In this document: positions 57,691 to 64,000 of the stretch, in pieces
How positions within the stretch are numbered: position 1 is the stretch's first letter
Layout of the letters: every line of letters starts with the position of its first letter
NCBI GenBank assembly: GCA_964497515.1
Contig: CAZCCV010000007.1
Coordinates: forward strand, 8,788 to 72,787
Direction: 5' to 3'
DNA: 64,000 bases
DNA from: an uncultured bacterium
GTDB taxonomy: Bacteria; Armatimonadota; UBA5829; DTLH01
Position numbers and translations under genes: made by a program
The notes under the pieces: model-generated
Databases searched by the model: none
Seen by the model: the letters and a program-made list of their open reading frames with translations, nothing else
What the model was told of the DNA's origin: nothing

Positions 57691-58614
57691 ATGGACTATA
57701 TGAACCGTAGAACATCAGTAACCACACCGCCGATAGGTGCCGAGTCGTGCGACGAAATGGGCTCCACAGAGAGACCCGCAGTGAAAGTGAGTAATTCCAA
57801 CGAGGCGGGAGTCAACCCACCCGAGCGAGCGACGATTGCTGAGCTCCTATTGCCTTATAGAATGGCTACGGTCGTCAAAACGCCGCTTCTTGTTGCAATC
57901 GGTCTGTACCTGGCGAGGGGCTCATTCGTGATTGAGACAGTCGGGACTACGATGCTTCTCACATCGTGCCTATGGATGTTTCTCTATGTTCTGAACGAAG
58001 CTTACGACATTCGATATGAATCGAACAAGATAGTCGACAGGCGAATTACAGTAGCGCTCTACATATTGGTAGCAGTAACCTGCGCTTGGGGCGCAGTTGT
58101 ATCTTATAAGCTCTTTGCACTACTCTTCGCCATGGCTGTCGGGCAGATAGCCTACTGTGCGCCGCCTCTTCGACTAAAGCGCTGTTGGTGGGCCGCACCT
58201 CTTCTAAGTGGCGCAGTCAATCCCGTCCTTAGGCTTTGGTGTGGGGTGATTTGGGGGACCGCACTTGTATCCCCTGTTGCACTCGCTGCACTGATAAGTC
58301 TGCATCTCGGTTCATCACTCCGAACCAGAACGCTAAGACACAAGCGGGATCAGAGCCTAGGATATGGCACCGTAACTGATGGTGCCACGCCCGCAAGCAA
58401 AGTGCTTGTAGCATTTGGATTTTTGTTATCGTTCTATATGTGCTACGCGGGAATTATCCCCCAGTTGTTCGCAATTCCGATAGCACTAGGAGCCGTATTC
58501 GCATACCGCGCCTGGTCGAGAAAGGTTACAGATATCGCCCATTTGCGCTGGGGATGGATATGGTTTGCATTTATTGCAGCAGTGATTATTGCAGTGCTGA
58601 TAATGAAGAGCTAG
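57691..58614 (+). CDS. UbiA-prenyltransferase-like membrane protein
   Basis: The ORF opens at 57505. It is polytopic, with LNEAYDIRYE (NxxxDxxxE), YCAPPLRLKR and RDQSLGYGT at the positions of UbiA-family motifs. Confidence 0.45.
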   Translation: MDYMNRRTSVTTPPIGAESCDEMGSTERPAVKVSNSNEAGVNPPERATIAELLLPYRMATVVKTPLLVAIGLYLARGSFVIETVGTTMLLTSCLWMFLYVLNEAYDIRYESNKIVDRRITVALYILVAVTCAWGAVVSYKLFALLFAMAVGQIAYCAPPLRLKRCWWAAPLLSGAVNPVLRLWCGVIWGTALVSPVALAALISLHLGSSLRTRTLRHKRDQSLGYGTVTDGATPASKVLVAFGFLLSFYMCYAGIIPQLFAIPIALGAVFAYRAWSRKVTDIAHLRWGWIWFAFIAAVIIAVLIMKS

Positions 58615-58629
58615 GCGCTATGCTGATTG

Positions 58630-59181
58630 CTATATATGATTTCTGATCCACTCTACAGCGCTAGCGGCTGAATTATCCAATGGCACTTCAAAACGATTTC
58701 CTTCCACGTCCGTAATGAAATAGAAGCCTGAAGAGTTTTCTGAAAGCGCCTCGTGGATCCCCTTGGTAATTATTGTTTTGATCCCACGATCGGTATCCAG
58801 AGTCCAAATCATCCCACCATACCTCTCTTTGGCGCTAACGATTCGTCGGACACGGGGAACGAAATATCGACGGTTAAGCAGTTCACGAATGATCCGGCAG
58901 GTCTCTTTCTCGAATCCTTTGAGGCTGCGGATCATTCCGATTTCTTCTCGTTCAGAACGAAGCGAAATATACTCTTCCGGGCGCGACAAGGGAAACGTTC
59001 GATACGCCATAAGAGAGACGTACGTTCGATCACCGGGCAGAGTAAGACGAAATGCACCGTTCTGTTCAAACACGTGAATGTCTTCTGGGTTAAAATAGCG
59101 CACATTGGCAGCCTCATCGGCGGCTTTCCGCCGCGCCGCCGCCAGTGCTGCAGAATCTTGTCTTATGCCCATATTTTTCAT
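58630..59181 (-). CDS. DUF1854-family protein (ABC-exporter partner)
   Basis: Its blocks resemble DUF1854 (from memory): GAFRLTLPG, YRTFPLSRPEEYISL, RRYFVPRVRRI, WTLDTDRG and ITDVEGNRFEV. ATGA overlap with the ABC gene. Confidence 0.6.
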   Translation of the reverse strand: MKNMGIRQDSAALAAARRKAADEAANVRYFNPEDIHVFEQNGAFRLTLPGDRTYVSLMAYRTFPLSRPEEYISLRSEREEIGMIRSLKGFEKETCRIIRELLNRRYFVPRVRRIVSAKERYGGMIWTLDTDRGIKTIITKGIHEALSENSSGFYFITDVEGNRFEVPLDNSAASAVEWIRNHI

Positions 59182-61436
59182 CCGTCTACCGCCTTAATCC
59201 GTGAGAGTTCCTGCTGCATCTTCACCAGCTTATGGTAGGTACCTTTCTTCTTCAGCAATTCATCGTGAGTGCCAATCTCCGCCACTTTACCGTGCTCAAG
59301 CACAAGCAGCCTGTCCGCATTACGTAGTGTTGAGAGTCTGTGTGCAATAGCAAACGTCGTCCGGTTTTTGACGAGCCGGGACAGTGCTTCCTGTATCTGC
59401 TTCTCTGTCTCGGTATCTATAGCGCTAGTAGCTTCATCCAGAATCAGAATCTTTGGGTCGTGAAGGATAGCACGTGCAATGGCAATCCGCTGCTTTTCAC
59501 CACCAGAGAGTCCCTGCCCTCTTTCGCCCACCTGTGTTTCGTAGCCGTCGGCAAAATTAACAATAAAATCGTGTGCATTGGCAGCCTTCGCCGTACGTAT
59601 AATCTCTTCAATGTCAGCATCCGGCTTAGAATAGGCAATATTCTCGGCTATCGTCCCTGCAAACAGGTACGGTTCCTGCGGCACAACTCCGATCTGACTT
59701 CTAAGATCAGTAAGGTTGATGCCTCTTATGTCCACACCATCAATGAGCAGTTGACCATCCTGCGCCGTATAGAATCGACAAATGAGATTGATTGTTGTCG
59801 ATTTCCCTGCACCCGAGTGGCCAACTAGGCCTATCATCTCGCCCGGCTGAACATCCAGATTCACGTTGTGAATGACTGGCGTATGTACCTGATAACCAAA
59901 AGTGACATCCCTGAACTCTACGTGCCCACGAATATCAGGCATAGATATCGATTGTTCCTGGTCTGGCTGTTCTACAGGTGTATCCATAACCTCAAACACT
60001 CGTTCTGCAGCAGCGAATACCCTGCCTAACCAGTCAGTGAGCCTGATGACTATCGTAAGCGGCTGCCCCAACATTCCCACGTAGTAGATCATCGAAAGCA
60101 GCATACCGGTGGTAACTCCCGGCACGCCACCGAGCAGCTGACGCCCACCAAACCACCACACAAGGTATGTGCTGAAGTTCATTACAAAAATGAACATCGG
60201 AACCAATGCCTGCCAGACAGCTTCAGCTTCAGCGCCCGCTTCCATTAGATCCTTACTACCTTTGGTGAGTCGGTCTGCTTCGCGTGCTTCCTGGGCAAAT
60301 GCTTTTACGGTGCGCACTCCAGATAAGGAGTCGTTCAGTATTGCGCCGAAACGACTTCGCCTGTGCCAGTAGCGACGATACACCCTCCTTAAACCGCGCA
60401 TTGTTCGAAGCGATATCAACGCAGAGAGTGGTGCCGGAATAAGAGCAATCAACCCAAGTTTCCAGTTGATTGTGAGCATCATAATGAGAATGGCTACAAG
60501 TGTGGCCGATTGGCTGATAAAAAACCAGATATCATCGGTAAGGAACCGCTGAAGCTCCGCTGTGTCCTGGCTCACACGGCTCATAACTGCACCAGTCTGA
60601 CGTTTGTCGAAGTAAGAGACAGACAGCTTTTCCAGTCGGTGGCAGACAGATGAGCGAATCGTATGGCTTATCCTCGCCCCCATCCAGGCTCCCACAGTTC
60701 CGTTTATCCGCTGAGCTATCGCAGACAACAAGCCAGCCCCAACGAGGCCGAGAACAATGGGAGTAAGAAGCGCCTGATTCCTTGGTTCGAGCACTTCATC
60801 AATAAGCAGACCGACGAGCCTACCCGGCACCATTCTGAGCAGGGCATCAAAGAGCAGCAGAAAGACAACCAGCAAACCTGTCTTCCAATGGGGTTTTGCA
60901 TACTGAAGCAGGCGCACGATGACTCTGTGCCGTTTGACACAGTTCGCACAAACCGTAGAATCCTGCTCCAGCGGAAAGTTGCACTTTGGACAGCGTCTCG
61001 GAAGAGCATCGGGATCAGGCTTAGGAATCTCCTTCTTAGTCAAAGCATCTACTTGCTTTGCGACTGCCGCAAACTTGCGTGTGTGTGCGTTAGAGAACCG
61101 AGCGAGCACCACGTGCTTTCCATCGGCAATGGCGCGCAGAAACCCGCTGCCGACTTGCCCGTCGCAAGCGACCTCTTTAAGTGAGGACAAGGGGTAATCG
61201 TGAAGGGTCTCAAGCCCGCTGCTGTTGCTGGCAAGCACTATCAACCTGTCATCCGTAACAAGCACCCAGGATTCTCCGAGCATTCCATCACCGTTCAAGT
61301 CTGATAGAGCAGCTATTCGCAACTCTTGACCATCTGGCAAGTGACGATTAAGATCAGATAACAGTGATTCCGGGATAGGCTCTTTGACAAGCATCATTTC
61401 TCCATTGCGTGCACCTTGGGACTGCATACCATTCAA
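59178..61436 (-). CDS. ABC exporter (fused TMD-NBD) with N-terminal PH-like plus zinc-ribbon extension
   Basis: It has a Walker A (GHSGAGKST), the signature LSGGEKQR and a Walker B (ILILDEAT). There are six TM helices. The N-terminal ~170 aa contain CPKCNFPLEQDSTVCANC. The start is uncertain (TTG 61436, ATG 61427, 61397 or 61394). Confidence 0.88.
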   Translation of the reverse strand: MNGMQSQGARNGEMMLVKEPIPESLLSDLNRHLPDGQELRIAALSDLNGDGMLGESWVLVTDDRLIVLASNSSGLETLHDYPLSSLKEVACDGQVGSGFLRAIADGKHVVLARFSNAHTRKFAAVAKQVDALTKKEIPKPDPDALPRRCPKCNFPLEQDSTVCANCVKRHRVIVRLLQYAKPHWKTGLLVVFLLLFDALLRMVPGRLVGLLIDEVLEPRNQALLTPIVLGLVGAGLLSAIAQRINGTVGAWMGARISHTIRSSVCHRLEKLSVSYFDKRQTGAVMSRVSQDTAELQRFLTDDIWFFISQSATLVAILIMMLTINWKLGLIALIPAPLSALISLRTMRGLRRVYRRYWHRRSRFGAILNDSLSGVRTVKAFAQEAREADRLTKGSKDLMEAGAEAEAVWQALVPMFIFVMNFSTYLVWWFGGRQLLGGVPGVTTGMLLSMIYYVGMLGQPLTIVIRLTDWLGRVFAAAERVFEVMDTPVEQPDQEQSISMPDIRGHVEFRDVTFGYQVHTPVIHNVNLDVQPGEMIGLVGHSGAGKSTTINLICRFYTAQDGQLLIDGVDIRGINLTDLRSQIGVVPQEPYLFAGTIAENIAYSKPDADIEEIIRTAKAANAHDFIVNFADGYETQVGERGQGLSGGEKQRIAIARAILHDPKILILDEATSAIDTETEKQIQEALSRLVKNRTTFAIAHRLSTLRNADRLLVLEHGKVAEIGTHDELLKKKGTYHKLVKMQQELSRIKAVDG

Positions 61437-61598
61437 TTATACACTTCTATCTGCCCATATGTCAGGCTCATACAATGCGCCAATGCAAAGTGTCTGTGGT
61501 CTTTTTGCCTATACTCCATCTGGGCTTTCACAGAATCGAACCCAACCCGATGATTCGCGATAAATTCGGAGGATTAATCATAAATACTTGAAGGAAAG

Positions 61599-62201
61599 AT
61601 GCGCGAGTGTATTGAGTGTGCCGAGGACGTAGTGTCAGGAGACACTGACAATGCACTTGCTTACTCGATTCTCGGTGCTGCATACGCCAAAGCAGGTGAG
61701 AAGGGTATGTCTATATATCTGCATTCAAACGGTCACTGGCGTTAGGGACAAATGCAAAAGCTCATTTCAACCTGGGAGTGGCCTACGAGAAATGTGATCG
61801 CTACAACGATGCCTTAGTACAATATCATCAGGCGCTAGCTCTCGATCCTCAGCATAAGAACGCTGCAGAAGCTGCCCACTGATGCAAAGAGCTAGTTGAA
61901 GCTACAAACGTATCTAGTGCTAATGCCACAGGGGACGCGGTTTCAACTCACACAACCTTGTTAGGAGAAGAGACCAGTCTACCAGAACCAGAAGGGTATA
62001 CCCCACAACTTCACAAGCGGGGAGGAAATCGATAGGCTGAAGACTGGTGCAGTAATCGGCGCAGTCAGTGCGATAATGCGTGCGCTATTTGAATCCGTTC
62101 CTTTTTCCTTCGCAATCGACTATATGATTGTGAACACTTTCTCGATGGCGATTCTAGGTTGGGGAATAGGATGGATAGTGACGCGGAACATAGAATTGTA
62201 A
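61599..62201 (+). pseudogene. Fragmented TPR-repeat / C-terminal TM gene (frameshift plus in-frame stops)
   Basis: The frame from ATG 61599 (AAGGAAAG RBS) reads a TPR helix and stops at 61743. The TPR sequence continues in another frame (AFKRSLALGTNAKAHFNLGVAYEKCDRYNDALVQYHQALALDPQHKNA) to TGA 61880. The same frame reopens and runs to TAG 62033. A third frame encodes two TM-like helices ending at 62201. Confidence 0.45.
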
Positions 62202-62336
62202 CCCAGCCCAATGGGTCTTTTGCGCAAAGATTGCACATACGAGAGACAAGGTGAACTGCTTCACCACTCACTTAACTGTGAATTTTTCACTTCAGTTTTC
62301 AGCAGTATTGTCTGTTGCAGTGTTCTTGAAACCTAT

Positions 62337-62747
62337 TCAGCAAGACAATAGCCAGTTGTCGACGGTGACGTCGCGGATGTCAGCGAAGTTGTCACGTGAA
62401 GTTAGTAGCACAGCTTGTCGTTTTCGAACAACTGCAGCAATCTGCGCTTCTGATTCGTTGACAGGGCGAGCGAGTGCGCGCTGCTGCGCCAATACCTCTC
62501 CGGCAATTTCGGCTGCACCGCGGTCAAACTCCCACACGAGTAGGTCGGCGACCAAACCAGTCAGCACAGCCATATTGGTCTCCATTTGGGCACTGGAGCG
62601 GAGCATAAAGTACAGTTCACTTAGAATTGTTGAGGTTATGCCGAATCTAGCTTCGTCAGCCTTCATTCTGTGGAGGCGACCTAGCAGAATCTCATTCCCT
62701 TCCATAAGTGCCGCTACGTGGTCAACATCCAGGATGTAGTCTCTCAT
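62337..62747 (-). CDS. vapC: PIN-domain toxin, VapC family
   Basis: 136 aa with YILDVDHV (N-terminal acidic residue), TILSELYF and the C-terminal LLTSRDNFADI. It overlaps the upstream small gene by 4 nt. Confidence 0.8.
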   Translation of the reverse strand: MRDYILDVDHVAALMEGNEILLGRLHRMKADEARFGITSTILSELYFMLRSSAQMETNMAVLTGLVADLLVWEFDRGAAEIAGEVLAQQRALARPVNESEAQIAAVVRKRQAVLLTSRDNFADIRDVTVDNWLLSC

Positions 62748-63019
62748 TGCACACCAGCCTTTCTGGCGTCGAGCACCATCGAAAGCAGTATTTCTCTCTC
62801 GCCTTCGTTGAAGCTGAATTTCCCTGCGTGTTCGAGCAGTGCTTTGGCTGATCCTCGGCGACCGTTATTGTCCGTCGGCTGATCTTTTAGCTGGCCTACG
62901 AACTCAGCCACTTTGTTGAGGTCAGCCTCTCTTAGTTCTCGAATCTGTCCACAGACTTGATCAACAGCGCCGGGCACAATGTTGATATGACGCATTCCAC
63001 CATAGAACGGTAGTGACAT
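62744..63019 (-). CDS. Putative antitoxin of the VapC module, family unclear
   Basis: 91 aa with AAGGAGG 7 nt upstream and a 4-nt overlap with vapC. It is not obviously AbrB, RHH or Phd type; VAEFVGQLKDQ is faintly DUF2281-like. Confidence 0.5.
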   Translation of the reverse strand: MSLPFYGGMRHINIVPGAVDQVCGQIRELREADLNKVAEFVGQLKDQPTDNNGRRGSAKALLEHAGKFSFNEGEREILLSMVLDARKAGVQ

Positions 63020-63076
63020 ATGTATACCTCCTTCTGATGCGTGCAGTCATACTATTATACCACTTCAGGCAGCACA

Positions 63077-63988
63077 TTAAGCCGGTTTGCGGAGCACTGT
63101 GAGGCGATTTGTATTTGTGCCTTTCTCCATATTGTCGACTTTGAAGCAGTTAGCGAGCTTTGTGAAACGTTGGGAGTTAATCAACACTTCAACCACCCGA
63201 AAACCTGCCGCACGTCCCAACTCTACAACAATCTCTTCCAGGTTGATCCTTTGTCCCCTATTCACCACTTCACCGACCTCAATTACGGCTGTGCCATCCG
63301 AGCGCAGGACTCTTAACATTTCACGAATGGCATCACCCATGAAGAGCGACCACTCGTCAAGGTCGTAGGTCTGCACGATAGCTTTCCGAACTGGTTCCGG
63401 GTCTATACCCAAAAACCAGAATTCCAGCCAGTTGTCCTGTATATAGTCGGCCTTATCGAGAAACGGTGGAGATGTCACGATGAGTGATACAGAGCCGTCT
63501 GCTACACTCGTCAAGTTTCTTGCATCGTGACAGGTAAACAGATTGCCCTCTGCAACAGAGGTTAACGCTGACAGGTCATCTGGTGTGAAATCCCGCAGCA
63601 CACGACGAGCTTTCTTCAAGATGCGAGGGACAATTGGTCGGTACTCTGGCGTCCGATTCCGCTCTTTGTTGATCTTCTCCTGTCTTGCCGATGGTACGGA
63701 GATTTGAGGAAACGAATAGACAGAAAAAAACCCTGGTGAGTGCCCATGCAGACGAGAAAGGGCGATCATCTCAATGAACCTGTCTGCGCCTCCAGTGTTT
63801 GTCTTGAGGTATTCCTTGAGCGCCAGAATCTCGCGATACGTGTCTACATGATAGAAAGGAGCGAAGTCCTTATAGCCTGAATTGTCGGTTTCTGCACGTA
63901 AATCTATTCTGTTAAGTGCCTCTGCCACCTCGGTGATGTCGACCGGGTTGCACTTGGGGTATGCGATTCGTTCAGAGAGTGGGTTCAC
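63077..63988 (-). CDS. Putative N6/N4 DNA methyltransferase (motif IV SPPF); the reading frame remains open to the window edge
   Basis: GSVSLIVTSPPFLDKADY is a (D/S)PP(Y/F) motif IV, followed by REMLRVLRSDGTAVIEVG. No FxGxG motif I appears in the visible 303 aa. Codons 63989-64000 are in frame with no stop, so the true start may lie outside the window. Confidence 0.5.
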   Translation of the reverse strand: MNPLSERIAYPKCNPVDITEVAEALNRIDLRAETDNSGYKDFAPFYHVDTYREILALKEYLKTNTGGADRFIEMIALSRLHGHSPGFFSVYSFPQISVPSARQEKINKERNRTPEYRPIVPRILKKARRVLRDFTPDDLSALTSVAEGNLFTCHDARNLTSVADGSVSLIVTSPPFLDKADYIQDNWLEFWFLGIDPEPVRKAIVQTYDLDEWSLFMGDAIREMLRVLRSDGTAVIEVGEVVNRGQRINLEEIVVELGRAAGFRVVEVLINSQRFTKLANCFKVDNMEKGTNTNRLTVLRKPA

Positions 63989-64000
63989 GTCATTTGAGAT

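Noticed and set aside
61533-61550. tRNA T-loop-like sequence (minus strand GGGTTCGATTC) that could mark a tRNA gene or an integration scar near the TA/MTase region
   Set aside because: The flanking bases do not form a T-stem (TTGGG versus CTGTG). No acceptor, D or anticodon arms can be drawn. I found no matching direct repeat elsewhere in the window.
61880-61882. In-frame TGA in the TPR fragment as possible selenocysteine or programmed readthrough
   Set aside because: The same locus also has a frameshift and an in-frame TAG. There is no Cys/Sec-type redox context, and I see no obvious SECIS-like hairpin immediately downstream. Gene decay or sequencing error is the simpler explanation.

Overview
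This is a 64-kb chromosomal window, roughly 50% GC and densely coding, from a diderm bacterium. An H-X9-DG/DUF1559 prepilin-like protein, Gly-linker lipoproteins and LptC/LptA-like genes point to an Armatimonadota/Planctomycetota-like lineage, but that is inference only.

Gene content in order:
- rhomboid protease, a large DUF5693-like membrane protein, and csaB
- a five-gene block of exported proteins of unknown function
- LptC/LptA-like genes plus a degenerate Enzyme-I-like protein
- a sigma-70 factor coupled to a small LuxR protein
- serA, an MFS transporter, small stress proteins and a CheY-like regulator
- a full glycine-cleavage operon (gcvT-H-PA-PB plus lipoate ligase) and an orphan LivJ-like binding protein
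- a sugar ABC transporter with two tandem secreted GH51-like arabinofuranosidases
- an FmdB zinc-ribbon gene and trxA
- GT2, GtrA and rlmN
- an MshEN-type PilB/GspE ATPase coupled to a catalytically degenerate CheB-like protein and a ComEC-like MBL hydrolase
- a porin, ACT plus paaK, alr, a FAH hydrolase, an esterase, an HExxH protein and a GHL10 hydrolase
- rqcH, a UbiA-like protein, and an ABC exporter with its DUF1854 partner
- a fragmented TPR gene, then a methyltransferase-antitoxin-VapC operon running off the window edge

I saw no rRNA, tRNA, CRISPR array, transposase or integrase.

The strongest candidates for undescribed biology are:
- the ATPase / dead-CheB / MBL module (41.2-44.5 kb)
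- the exported-protein block (4.3-13.1 kb)
- the EI-like pseudoenzyme next to the lpt-like genes
- a perfect CsoR-type palindrome over a predicted promoter upstream of the FmdB-like gene and trxA
- the MTase-TA operon at the 3' edge

All family calls come from reading the translations by eye. No database search was run.
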